In this document: positions 38,301 to 46,461 of the stretch, in pieces
Layout: the number at the start of each line of letters is the position of its first letter
Position numbering within the stretch: position 1 is the stretch's first letter
Source of the DNA: Oscillospiraceae bacterium
GTDB taxonomy: Bacteria > Bacillota > Clostridia > Oscillospirales > Oscillospiraceae
Direction of reading: 5' to 3'
Assembly: GCA_045628925.1 (NCBI GenBank)
Contig: JAZQQF010000197.1
Span: 758-64,757 of the forward strand
Length of the DNA: 64,000 nt
The notes under the pieces: generated by a model
What the model was told of the DNA's origin: nothing
The model's input: the letters and a program-made list of their open reading frames with translations, nothing else
The model's database searches: none
Translations under genes and position numbers: made by a program

Positions 38301-39416
38301 ACGCCGCGTGACGACCATGCTTTCAAAGGTCTTCCCGTCCCCGGAAAGCCGGAAGATCGGGTCACGGCCTCTGTTCGGATTGTGAACGATCTCGGCGAGG
38401 GCATTTTCCGGCGCTGCTTCCTGACCGTCTCTGCCCGGCACGCGGAGCTTTCCCACGTTGACGTCCGTCCAGAAACGGCGGTATTTTTCCGGCGTGCTGA
38501 TCCGCTCCGGATAAAGCGCATCCAGGATCTGCGTTTCATCCTCCGAAAGCTCGGGCTCCTTCAGACGGTAGACGAGCGGGTCGGCATTCCGCTGTTCGGC
38601 GGCCTGCAGATCGACCGGGGAAAAAGGCGGCCGCTGCGGATCGGGCTGGCGTTCCGAGGCGGTCTTCAGCGCATCATAAAGGACTTTGAAGCCGTTCATC
38701 GCTTCCCGCACACCGGCCTCGCGGGGGTCGAGCGCTTCGTCTTTGCCTGCCTGCTGCAGGAACTGCTCCATTTTCTGATATGCGGGCGTGAGGTCGTTCA
38801 CCATGTCCCGCAGATCGTAGCGATGGCCGAGCTCGCGGCCCCTTTTGTCGGCGGTATAAAACCGGAGCATCGAACCCAGATCCTGCATCGCCTGCGTAAA
38901 TCCATCGGGTTCGGGGCTGCCTTCCAGCCAGAAATGCCGGGCGTCGAGCAGGTCGTTCGTCAGCGAGAGGACCCTGCTTTTCACATAGGGATAAACGGCG
39001 GCGGCTTCCGCAAATTTGACCGTTCTGTCGTCCGTCGTGTGTCCGTCGGCCCCCAGCGAGTAAGACTGATACTGCCCGTTCTGATAGATATGGATATGGC
39101 TGTCTTCCTGCGAGATCCTGTCGTTATCCGAGAGGGCCTGATACAATGCGAAGCAATCCGCGCCGAGAGCAAGGTCGCTTTCCAGATCGGGCAGAATGAG
39201 GCCCTTCCGGAGCGCGTCCTCGATGAGCTTCTCAGCACTGTCAAATTCATCGTCCGAAATATGCAGATCCTGAACGGCAGGCTGACCGTTTTCGGCCCGG
39301 CGCTGACCGACCTGCGCTTTCCACGCGTCAAACTGCCCGATGCGGCCGAGCATATCCTCCAGATAGGCATAGTAGACCCGGTTTTCTTCGGTATTGGTGA
39401 ATCTGGGTGTCGGCAT
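35367..39416 (-). CDS. large orphan protein (1349 aa) built of two ~670-aa homologous modules
   Basis: Protein-like charged/helical composition. GGGAGGGG RBS upstream of the ATG at 39416, with its own promoter and terminator. The internal duplication is visible in the translation. No signal peptide, TM segment or known catalytic motif was recognised. Confidence 0.75.
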   Translation of the reverse strand: MPTPRFTNTEENRVYYAYLEDMLGRIGQFDAWKAQVGQRRAENGQPAVQDLHISDDEFDSAEKLIEDALRKGLILPDLESDLALGADCFALYQALSDNDRISQEDSHIHIYQNGQYQSYSLGADGHTTDDRTVKFAEAAAVYPYVKSRVLSLTNDLLDARHFWLEGSPEPDGFTQAMQDLGSMLRFYTADKRGRELGHRYDLRDMVNDLTPAYQKMEQFLQQAGKDEALDPREAGVREAMNGFKVLYDALKTASERQPDPQRPPFSPVDLQAAEQRNADPLVYRLKEPELSEDETQILDALYPERISTPEKYRRFWTDVNVGKLRVPGRDGQEAAPENALAEIVHNPNRGRDPIFRLSGDGKTFESMVVTRRPSYAGAETMSFFVEPSNAAANAAEKRLILQELRSDLKSLEADLQRAGTVFGPSDKRKRMHDELTKASESLPGPGGAPEAEVQYLLHDAALAAASYIADKAGQSMDDRQVDRLCVAHRIVVMEGLLRRPDLTHAEYLRNMYAEKIFLDGIADIHARAHSLADAFKIEPNEARLAMVRVLTDYTSPKSLQDAMDQRRQDIIASNDFTMHTTSLGTELRAGDLKKLLREDRETTCKALDTRVNILQQHWKEVEKEAGVGPYGWVGKYGEHPEQTPYQAFLEGMLKTLDRFDEWNALSASQQAQQGKTAAAAEKYQKAEKMVEEAFGKGLILDNNGRAIPGSTGCAALFERIRPATADEHDVSYLHVYRNGSFSSVEVANSGAATLTNQVKFYGAASVYPYLKGRVNELTADLLSTQHFWVNSTPEYVKASEALVELSKKFDDPEFIRKNFSDLEKAFQPAVRAMEQYQEARGESASLSSRQVTRLKTMSKFQAVYEAVREAAAAEAQSQPEPPSDLPFRTAELKNRAALVNLEAMGPEYVKAGLTSRQLMGEVRGSVPLEQPDAKSSPVFRYSGKELAAHFLYPDRDARKADLKNRYFISARNAGSQREPLTAEEEKILNSLELKGETTAQKYESFTELVKKGQIMVFSGNKPADPEPALRVLAANLRRTDGKPHFYIRKDIKTYEGKTLAAPAEAAQNASYALKDAPNLPIQTEQLLIYTDAIRLTSQLIRDLSRADGMLPAGTMRRQMSDQLKDIFKRFDRYDMEAGGERSMKEDFFELAETARAYIGQKKGQRLDSDQVDRLCVARKIVAISDLIWQPNLSYELFLKNLYAEKAYLDGLADGHRRLKNSLDSNLKAVDRQLMSELTDPGKPDRQTVRTASGRMAEEDTGTGRNARAEKRVRVMKTHEFNAHIAGLGAAGLKDLLQEKREVTCTALKTKENMQNYYWTEAERAAGVGPGAYADTHPNHASRNQREAGV

Positions 39417-39490
39417 TTTCTGTCCCCTCCCGTGAAGAAACGCTGCTGAAATGGCGCGAAACGAGATGCTGTCTATTTACACATATTATA

Positions 39491-39518
39491 TTATATCGCA
39501 TGATCTGTAAAAAACAAG
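39491..39518 (-). promoter_or_regulatory. promoter candidate for the 1349-aa gene (TTGTTT-16-TATAAT on the minus strand)
   Basis: The reverse complement reads ttgttt-16 nt-tataat, within an AT-rich stretch of the divergent intergenic region. Confidence 0.4.
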
Positions 39519-39615
39519 AACGGCGGCCGGAATGCGGTCCTGCGGCCCTGTCCTGTCTGTAATAGGCTTCGGCGGCGCATTTGGTTACGCTTGCCGGAGA
39601 TACCGGCGGAAAAAC

Positions 39616-39643
39616 TTGCAGAAATCGATCTGCGTGCTATAAT
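39616..39643 (+). promoter_or_regulatory. promoter candidate (TTGCAG-16-TATAAT with TGc extended -10)
   Basis: ttgcag at 39616-39621 and tgc-tataat at 39635-39643. AAGGAG RBS at 39662-39667, ATG at 39676. Confidence 0.5.
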
Positions 39644-39675
39644 CGAACTATTCGTAAACATAAGGAGCGCTTGCC

Positions 39676-42528
39676 ATGAAAAAGAAGATGCTATCCATGC
39701 TGCTGCTTTGCATATTGCTGCTGTCCTGCGTTCCCGGGTATCCGCTCAAAGCAGATGCCGCAGCATCCTATAACCGGGAAGCGGCGATCGCCTACGCACA
39801 GGAACATTGGAACGATGGAAAGGGTCAGTGCGCGGCATTTGTCAGCCGCTGTATGATCGCCGGCGGCCTGAGCATGGACGTTGAGTCTTACGCCGATGGA
39901 GCTGCCTGCGCCATTTTGGGGGCCATAGGGAAACCGACCGCGTTCAGCACAGACTACGACCCTTATCAGGCCGTCTGCACCAAAGCCGTGCTGTCCGACG
40001 GCTATATGAAAAAGGCGGACAATGAAAACCTTCTGAAAGAGGGGGACGTTGTCTTTTATTACTGTGAAACCGATCACGTATCCCCGCATATCATGCTTTT
40101 CGGCGGGTGGAATAATAAAGGCTATGCAACTTTTTACTGCCATAATTCCGCCAACTGCCCGGCGAACCAGCAGGGTTACAACGTATATATGTTCACGGCC
40201 TCCTCTTCCGTTATGGTCAATAATGGCCATAAATCCAGCTGCCAATGCACGGCATATATCATCCATTTTGATGACTGCGACCATTCTCCCAGTCCGGACG
40301 GTTTCGGCTTCTGCACCCGCTGCGGCGCCTATGACCCGCAGAAGGACGTGAGGAGCAGCGGCGTCACGACGTATCCGAACGCCAGATACTACACCCTGAA
40401 CTGTGCCTGCCGGGTGCGCAAGGGACCCTATGAGGAGTGCGATTCGCCCGACGGCAGCAAGACCGCCAAAGGCACCCGATTCACGGTCGTCGGCGAACTG
40501 ACGAACGGGCGGGGCCACCTCTGGTACATCACTTCGGACGGGCGGTATATCTACGGAGAAAGGGCCGATTATGCAGGGGAGGACAGCGCCGTGCGCTTCG
40601 GCGAGGTGTCCGGCTCCGCGACCGATACCAATGCGGTCCTGAAGACGACCGTATACAAACAGCGCGGCGCAGATGCACAGACCTACGGCGTGGCGATCAT
40701 CGGCTTCCCGAAGAACGATATTTTCGGGAAACTGTTTGTCCGCACCAAGGAATTCCCCGACACTTACGTTAGTAACAGCAGCACCAGCTATACCTTAACG
40801 CTGGATCTGACGGAGGAAGCCGGATGGATCCTGCCTGTTGACCATACGTTTTACGCGAACCTGTTCGTGCAGGTCGACGGGGCCCGCTATACCGCGAAAA
40901 CGGTGAAGTTCGAGACCTCTGCCGGCGGGCTGTTCGTCAGCGATCCCATTCTGGATGCGGAGACCGTGAAGCAGATCGAGGCGGCGGGCCCGGAGCTTAC
41001 TCCCGCTGTCGCCGCCGAAAGCTCCGGGGCCATCACGTGGAACGACGCCTCCGTTACGAACGTTACGAACACCTCGGCGCTGGTGAAATATACCCTGACA
41101 CCGGACAAAAGCAGGATCCGCCGCATCGGGATGCAGTACTGCACCGACGGCAGCAGCTTTGCAGACGTACCCGGCTGCGAATGGGCGGGCAGCACGCTGA
41201 CCAGCTTCTGCAGCGTGGCCTTTGACGGCAGCGAGGGGCCGCGTCTGGCGCCCGGCACCACGTATTACTGCCGCTTCTACATCATCCGGACGGACGGCGG
41301 GACGGAATACAGCCCGGTCATCACCTTCACCACCGCCGCCGGAAGCTCCGAGGCCATCACGTGGAACGAGCCTTCGGTGACAGATCTGAGCGAGACCACG
41401 GCGCTGGTGAAATACACGCTGACGCCGAACAAGAGCCTGATCGCCCGCATCGGGATGCAGTACTGCACCGACGGCAGCAGTTTCGCAAACGTACCCGGCT
41501 GCGAGTGGGCGGGCAGCACGCTGACCAGCTTCTGCAGCGTGGCCTTTGACGGCAGCGAGGGCCCGTGTCTGACGCCCGGCACGAAATATTACTGCCGCTT
41601 CTACATCATCCGGACGGACGGCGCGGCGGAATACAGCCCGGTCATCACCTTCACCACCGGCGGCACCGCCATTCGGGAATACACCGTTTCGCTGAACGTC
41701 AACCGGGATGACGGCGCGATCACCGAAAGCACGCGCATCCGGGTCAGCACCGGCGGCACCTTCGGCTCGCTGCCCGCGCCCTTCTCTGCCTGCGCCGCGT
41801 TCCTCGGGTGGTATACCGAGCCGGAGGGCGGGCGGCTGATCGAGTCGAATACCCCGGTCACGGACGATTGTCCCGCCGAGCTTTATGCGCATTGGCAGCC
41901 GCTTTCCTATACGGTATTCTTTGACCCCGCGGGCGGCAGCGCGGCATACGGCAGCAAAATCGTGACCAACGATCTGCCCTTCGGCGAGCTGCCCGTCCCC
42001 GTGCGGAGCGGGTATGAGTTCCTCGGCTGGTTTGCGGATGACATGACTGCCTTCGCCGTGCAGCCGGAATGGGTCGTCAGCGCATGGCAGAACTTCACGC
42101 TGACCGCCCGCTGGGCAAAGCTGGAGGAGGAAGCCCCGGAGAAAGTGAACACGATCCAGCTCTGGATCGACAGACCCTTCCTCAGCGTCAACGGAGAAGT
42201 GACGGCCATCGACAGCGAAGGAACGGTCCCCGTGATCCGCAGCGACCGGACGCTGCTGCCGATCCGCTGCATCATCGAAGCCATGGGCGGCACCGTCGGC
42301 TGGGACGGCGCGAACCGCATGGTAACGCTCAGCCTCGGGGACAGATCGCTGTATATGATCATCGGCAGCACCAGCGTGCTGGATCAGAGCGGAACCTATC
42401 ACACGCTGGACAGCGCCCCGGTCATCATCCATGACCGCACCATGCTCCCCGTCCGATTCGTGTCGGAATTTTTCGGCGCGGCGGTGGATTGGGACGGCGA
42501 GACCAGAATGGTCACGATCACGTACTGA
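39676..42528 (+). CDS. secreted mosaic surface protein: putative amidase-like domain + 2 Fn3-like repeats + Flg_new (Listeria-Bacteroides) repeats + copper-amine-oxidase-N-like domain
   Basis: Signal peptide MKKKMLSMLLLCILLLSCVPGYPLKADA. N-terminus YNREAAIAYAQEHWND..GQCAAFVSRCM resembles the putative-amidase family. Two 108-aa repeats follow, then FLGWYTEPEGG / FLGWFAD Flg_new motifs. The C-terminus reads LLPIRCIIEAMGG.V.WDG and MLPVRFVSEFFGA.VDWDG. Confidence 0.85.
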   Translation: MKKKMLSMLLLCILLLSCVPGYPLKADAAASYNREAAIAYAQEHWNDGKGQCAAFVSRCMIAGGLSMDVESYADGAACAILGAIGKPTAFSTDYDPYQAVCTKAVLSDGYMKKADNENLLKEGDVVFYYCETDHVSPHIMLFGGWNNKGYATFYCHNSANCPANQQGYNVYMFTASSSVMVNNGHKSSCQCTAYIIHFDDCDHSPSPDGFGFCTRCGAYDPQKDVRSSGVTTYPNARYYTLNCACRVRKGPYEECDSPDGSKTAKGTRFTVVGELTNGRGHLWYITSDGRYIYGERADYAGEDSAVRFGEVSGSATDTNAVLKTTVYKQRGADAQTYGVAIIGFPKNDIFGKLFVRTKEFPDTYVSNSSTSYTLTLDLTEEAGWILPVDHTFYANLFVQVDGARYTAKTVKFETSAGGLFVSDPILDAETVKQIEAAGPELTPAVAAESSGAITWNDASVTNVTNTSALVKYTLTPDKSRIRRIGMQYCTDGSSFADVPGCEWAGSTLTSFCSVAFDGSEGPRLAPGTTYYCRFYIIRTDGGTEYSPVITFTTAAGSSEAITWNEPSVTDLSETTALVKYTLTPNKSLIARIGMQYCTDGSSFANVPGCEWAGSTLTSFCSVAFDGSEGPCLTPGTKYYCRFYIIRTDGAAEYSPVITFTTGGTAIREYTVSLNVNRDDGAITESTRIRVSTGGTFGSLPAPFSACAAFLGWYTEPEGGRLIESNTPVTDDCPAELYAHWQPLSYTVFFDPAGGSAAYGSKIVTNDLPFGELPVPVRSGYEFLGWFADDMTAFAVQPEWVVSAWQNFTLTARWAKLEEEAPEKVNTIQLWIDRPFLSVNGEVTAIDSEGTVPVIRSDRTLLPIRCIIEAMGGTVGWDGANRMVTLSLGDRSLYMIIGSTSVLDQSGTYHTLDSAPVIIHDRTMLPVRFVSEFFGAAVDWDGETRMVTITY
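41029..41676 (+). repeat. 2 x 324-bp in-frame tandem duplication inside the surface-protein gene
   Basis: gccatcacgtggaacga.. recurs at 41029 and 41353. The encoded 108-aa units (AITWN..ALVKYTLTP.KS.I.RIGMQYCTDGSSFA.VPGCEWAGSTLTSFCSVAFDGSEGP..) are ~85-90% identical by eye. Confidence 0.85.
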
Positions 42529-42591
42529 TCGCAGTTTCGGGAAGCACGTTTTCCCGACTGCGGGAACGCAGCACAAAAGCAGGAGGCAGAT

Positions 42592-44850
42592 ATGTTTGAT
42601 CGGCTGAAAAACAAAGGCCGCGGCAAAGCTCCGGCCCGGACGGAGCAGGAGACGATGCTGCGGGAGAAACCCGAAAACACGGCGGAAGCAGCTGCGGGAG
42701 CGGCGTTTGAATCGTTTCCGGCGTATCTGAAAACGGAATATCAGGAAGCGGAAAGCATGGTCGGGCGCAGCGAATACGGGCTGGAGCTGGATTATCTGTA
42801 TATCGGCAGCGACGGACACGCGGAGTTCGCGTCCTATGACTGCGACATGACGCCGCCCTCCACGTTTGAAGAATCGTTTGATCTGACGTTCGATCCGGAG
42901 GAAGCGGAAAAGCTCTTCCGTGCGCTGGAGATCGGGGAAGACGTGATCGCGCGCGGCGGGGTGGAACGGTTCGTCTGCGTGTTCCGCGCGCTGATGGGCT
43001 TCGTCGTGCCGCAGAGGGACAGCCTTCAGCTCAGCGATGCGTTTCCCGCGCTGCTCAAAAAGGCCGGTATCCGAACTGCTGACGACACCGAGCGCAGGCG
43101 TCTCTGGCGGGGCAGCCCGTTCAACTATGAGCGGATCGACGCGGATCGGGGATCGCCGCTTTGGAGGCTGGTGGAAAGGCTCCCCGCAGAGGTCGGTTTT
43201 TCCGATCCGAATGAGATCCGCGCGTATTATGCCAATGAAAACAGACGATACTCCCTGGATATCCGGCAGAGCGAGCGGCGCGGCGTTTACGTGCTGGAGC
43301 CGGAGACGCTCGAATGGGTGTATGATCCGGGGGAGACCTCGATCGTTCACTGGGATAAACCGCTGTGGCCGCCATGCTTTGCGCTGCCGCGTGAGCTGCC
43401 CGGAGATACCAGACTGGATGCGTTCCTGCGGTATGCGGAAATGCTGTTCCGGCCGGAAAACGCGCGGGAATGGGACACGGACGGGCAGATCGCGGGCGAG
43501 CGCAGAACGATGGAAAGCATCATGCCTGCCTTTCTGAAAGCCGGGTATGAGCTGACGATCGAGCTGCTGAAAGGGGAAGCCCGTTATCTCCTCGCGCCCG
43601 ATCTGAGCGAAATGGGGAAGTATGCGGAGCAGATGAGCCTGCAGTCCTGCCTGCAGTATCTGCTGTTCGCCTGCCGCGGCGCCGCGAAGTCCGGCGGGTT
43701 CCGGAACGCGTGGGAGGACGGCACGCTGCTGGCCGTCGTTCGCAGGGCGGCAAGCCTGCACCGGACGCAGCCGGCGATCCGTTCGGAAGAGAGCCGCCGG
43801 AAAAAAGACCGGTATGAGGGCTGCCTTCTGGGCGGCGCGGCGGGCGATGCGCTGGGCTACCCGATCGAATTTCTGAAAGAAGCGGAGATCGGGAGCCGGT
43901 ACGGAGAAACCGGCATCCGGGAGCTGCGGGAAGCCGGCAGCCCTGCCGTTATTTCCGATGACACGCAGATGACGCTGTTTGCGGCGAACGCGATCCTGTA
44001 CCACAAAACCACGGGCGCCTATCCGGAGAAATGCCTGCAGAGGGCGTATCTGGAATGGCTGGATACCCAGAACGGGAAGCAGACTTCGGAGCCGCGGATG
44101 TGGATCTCGGAGATCCCGCAGCTTCAGGTACGCAGAGCGCCGGGGCATACCTGCATTGCCGCCTGTCGCCGCATGGCGGCGAAGCCGCGGATCATGGAGG
44201 CGGAAAACGACAGCAAGGGCAACGGGACCGTGATGCGGGCGGCGCCGTTTGGCCTGATGCGCCGTCTGGATGAGCCCGGCAGCGGGGACGATGCGATGGC
44301 CGCTGTGCGGGGACTCGCGGAGTTCGACGCCGTGATGACGCACGGGCATCCGGAGGCCCACGAATCGTCCGCGTTTCTGGCGGGCCTGATCTTCAACCTC
44401 GTTCAGCGGGGTGCGCGATACGATACCCTGCAGGATGCGATACGGGACACGCTCACGGAAAGAGACGCACAGATCGAAACGGCGGTCGCCCTTGCGGAGG
44501 ACCGTTACGTTTCGGATATCGACGGGATCCATCAGCTGGGGGAGGGGTGGACGGCCGGGGAAGCCCTCGCCATCGCCGTGTTCTGCGCCGTGCGGTATCA
44601 GGACGACTTCGGAGCCGCCCTGCGCGCTGCCGTGAATCACGGCGGGGACAGCGATTCCACCGGCGCCATCTGCGGCAATCTTCTGGGCGCGCGTCTCGGT
44701 GCGCAGGCGGTGCGGAACGCCTTCCCGATGGCGGAGCTGGAGCTGGCCGATACGATCCGCGAGATCGCAGACGATCTGTTCCTGGCGGCGGAGGACGGCG
44801 TCCCGGTCCGGGGAGCGGATCCGGCATGGGATCAACGATATCGGAGATGA
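42592..44850 (+). CDS. ADP-ribosylglycohydrolase (ARH/DraG family) with ~400-aa N-terminal region of unknown function
   Basis: The C-terminal ~350 aa (from ~43800) carry ARH motifs GCLLGGAAGDALGYPIEF, SDDTQMT, GNGTVMRAAP, THGHP and NHGGDSDSTGAICGNLLGA. The N-terminal 400 aa have no motif I recognise. AGGAGG RBS. Confidence 0.85.
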   Translation: MFDRLKNKGRGKAPARTEQETMLREKPENTAEAAAGAAFESFPAYLKTEYQEAESMVGRSEYGLELDYLYIGSDGHAEFASYDCDMTPPSTFEESFDLTFDPEEAEKLFRALEIGEDVIARGGVERFVCVFRALMGFVVPQRDSLQLSDAFPALLKKAGIRTADDTERRRLWRGSPFNYERIDADRGSPLWRLVERLPAEVGFSDPNEIRAYYANENRRYSLDIRQSERRGVYVLEPETLEWVYDPGETSIVHWDKPLWPPCFALPRELPGDTRLDAFLRYAEMLFRPENAREWDTDGQIAGERRTMESIMPAFLKAGYELTIELLKGEARYLLAPDLSEMGKYAEQMSLQSCLQYLLFACRGAAKSGGFRNAWEDGTLLAVVRRAASLHRTQPAIRSEESRRKKDRYEGCLLGGAAGDALGYPIEFLKEAEIGSRYGETGIRELREAGSPAVISDDTQMTLFAANAILYHKTTGAYPEKCLQRAYLEWLDTQNGKQTSEPRMWISEIPQLQVRRAPGHTCIAACRRMAAKPRIMEAENDSKGNGTVMRAAPFGLMRRLDEPGSGDDAMAAVRGLAEFDAVMTHGHPEAHESSAFLAGLIFNLVQRGARYDTLQDAIRDTLTERDAQIETAVALAEDRYVSDIDGIHQLGEGWTAGEALAIAVFCAVRYQDDFGAALRAAVNHGGDSDSTGAICGNLLGARLGAQAVRNAFPMAELELADTIREIADDLFLAAEDGVPVRGADPAWDQRYRR

Positions 44851-44872
44851 TCGGCCGCAAAGACCGAAAATG

Positions 44873-44917
44873 ACCGGCGGTCTCCCCTGAGATACAGGGA
44901 AGGCCGCCGGTTTTGTT
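44873..44917. terminator. hairpin between convergent genes
   Basis: accggcgg / ccgccggt outer stem, followed by tttgtt on the + strand. Confidence 0.45.
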
Positions 44918-44935
44918 ATGGGTTGATTTTGTGTG

Positions 44936-45736
44936 TCAGCGATCAGACGCACCGTCGGCGGTGACGTCCTCTCCCGGAACCAGATACCGGGACAGGACGC
45001 CGCGGACGGCGTCGAATACGGTCAGATCCTTCGGATCCAAATTGTCCTGCGTGATGCGGATCAGCCGGTCTCCGCGCCGGAACTTGCAGGTCTTCGGCGA
45101 TCCGCCCATCATCATCGCGGCGATCCCGCGCCTGCCCTCAAAGCGGTCCAGACCATATTGGTCGATGACCGCGTAGGCCGCCGCCTCCGCATCGGAGGGG
45201 ACGAACCACGTCAGGCGGTTTTCCGGACTCCGGGAGCTTGCCCTGCAGTATTCATCCAGCTGGAGCCTCCCGTCGGGATATCGGCTCAGCACCAGCTCGT
45301 AGGTGGAGCTCATCCCCACGGCCTCGTTCGCGGGCGTCGTGCCGAAATAGCAGTCCACCAGCAGCTCATTGCCTTCTCCGGGCCTGGGCATACCGGAATT
45401 GCGGGCCGGCTCGTCCTGTGCCGGAGCGGGGTTGAGGTCGGGAAAAGCCTTCCGGGCCTGTTCACCGTCCATGAATAATCCGGGGATGGGGCTGAACATT
45501 GTGGCGGCGCTCAGACCGATATTCTGCGGCTGGGACGGCAGCGGCTTCGCGGTCAGATCCCGAAGCGGTGCGCCGCAGTTCATACAGAATTTCTGATCCG
45601 GCTGAACGGGTTCCCCGCAGCCGGGGCAGAATTTCTGCTTTGGCAGGACAGATTCCCCACAGCTGGTGCAGAATTTCTGATTCGGCAGAATGGGTTCCCC
45701 GCAGCGGGGGCAAACGGATACTGCGTTTTCGTTCAT
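44936..45736 (-). CDS. triple zinc-ribbon protein with unknown C-terminal domain
   Basis: N-terminus CPRCGEPILPNQKFCTSCGESVLPKQKFCPGCGEPVQPDQKFCMNCG (three consecutive ribbons), a Pro-rich linker and a ~150-aa globular C-terminal domain. Confidence 0.7.
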   Translation of the reverse strand: MNENAVSVCPRCGEPILPNQKFCTSCGESVLPKQKFCPGCGEPVQPDQKFCMNCGAPLRDLTAKPLPSQPQNIGLSAATMFSPIPGLFMDGEQARKAFPDLNPAPAQDEPARNSGMPRPGEGNELLVDCYFGTTPANEAVGMSSTYELVLSRYPDGRLQLDEYCRASSRSPENRLTWFVPSDAEAAAYAVIDQYGLDRFEGRRGIAAMMMGGSPKTCKFRRGDRLIRITQDNLDPKDLTVFDAVRGVLSRYLVPGEDVTADGASDR

Positions 45737-45783
45737 GCGCTCCTCCCTGCTTTCTGTCGTTTCAAGATCTTCGATCGGGGATG

Positions 45784-46461
45784 TTATTTCCCGAAGGCGC
45801 CGGTCGCACCTTCCAGACCCAGCGAACGGTCGCCGCTGTCACCGGCAGCGTCGGACGGTTCCACCGTGATGATCTTGTCCACATAGGTATAGTCGCTGTA
45901 GCCCATCCGGGCCAGCGGCCTGATCTTCAGCATATCCAGCTTCCCGTCCGCCCCGATGACCTCGTCCCTGATGTGCACGCCCACGACCCTGCCGATGATG
46001 ATGTCCGCGGAGCCGACGCTGCTGTCGCCGGGCAGGTGGATGGTCTGCACGTATTTGCATTCCAGCTGCACCGGCGATTCGGCCACCCGATAGGGCTTGA
46101 CCAGCACGGATCCGGCCTTTGTCAGCCCCGCGGCCTCAAATTCGTCCACGTCCGGCGGGAAGGGCGCGGCGGTGAGGTTCATCTTGTCCATCAGCTCATA
46201 GGTCACCATGTTGTGCACGAACTCGCCCGTGCGCTCGATGTTGTTGGTGGTGTCCTTCCGCTTGCTCTCCGGCGTCATGTTGATGGACAGCAGGACATAC
46301 GGCGGGTCGAAGGTCAGGTTGGTGAACTGACTGTAGGGGGCAAGGTTCGCCTTCCCGTTTTCGTCCAGCGTGGAGATCCAGCCGATGGGGCGGGGGACGG
46401 CGATCGACTTGAAGGGCGGTCTGGGCAGACCGTGGTCATTCTTTTCCGTTTCGTAGAACAC
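45784..46461 (-). CDS. flavin reductase-like (FMN-binding split-barrel) protein
   Basis: 225 aa. The pattern PRPIGWIST.D..G..NLAPYS.F and the hot spot P.V.ES...LECK are typical of flavin reductase domain proteins. Confidence 0.85.
   Translation of the reverse strand: MFYETEKNDHGLPRPPFKSIAVPRPIGWISTLDENGKANLAPYSQFTNLTFDPPYVLLSINMTPESKRKDTTNNIERTGEFVHNMVTYELMDKMNLTAAPFPPDVDEFEAAGLTKAGSVLVKPYRVAESPVQLECKYVQTIHLPGDSSVGSADIIIGRVVGVHIRDEVIGADGKLDMLKIRPLARMGYSDYTYVDKIITVEPSDAAGDSGDRSLGLEGATGAFGK

Noticed and set aside
35208-39449. Three + strand ORFs of 598, 398 and 355 aa (35208-37004, 37059-38255, 38382-39449)
   Set aside because: Together they tile the antisense strand of the 1349-aa gene. The minus-strand frame is uninterrupted for 4 kb, has a strong RBS, promoter and terminator, and shows an internally consistent two-module protein repeat. 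The + strand translations are Arg/Gly/Leu/Phe-rich junk.
40795-44952. 1385-aa ORF on the minus strand, the longest ORF in the window
   Set aside because: It is exactly antisense to two + strand genes with clear domain content (surface protein and ARH fusion). Its translation is Arg/Pro/Gly/Ala-rich with no motifs. It even mirrors the 324-bp repeat passively. This is a typical high-GC shadow ORF.
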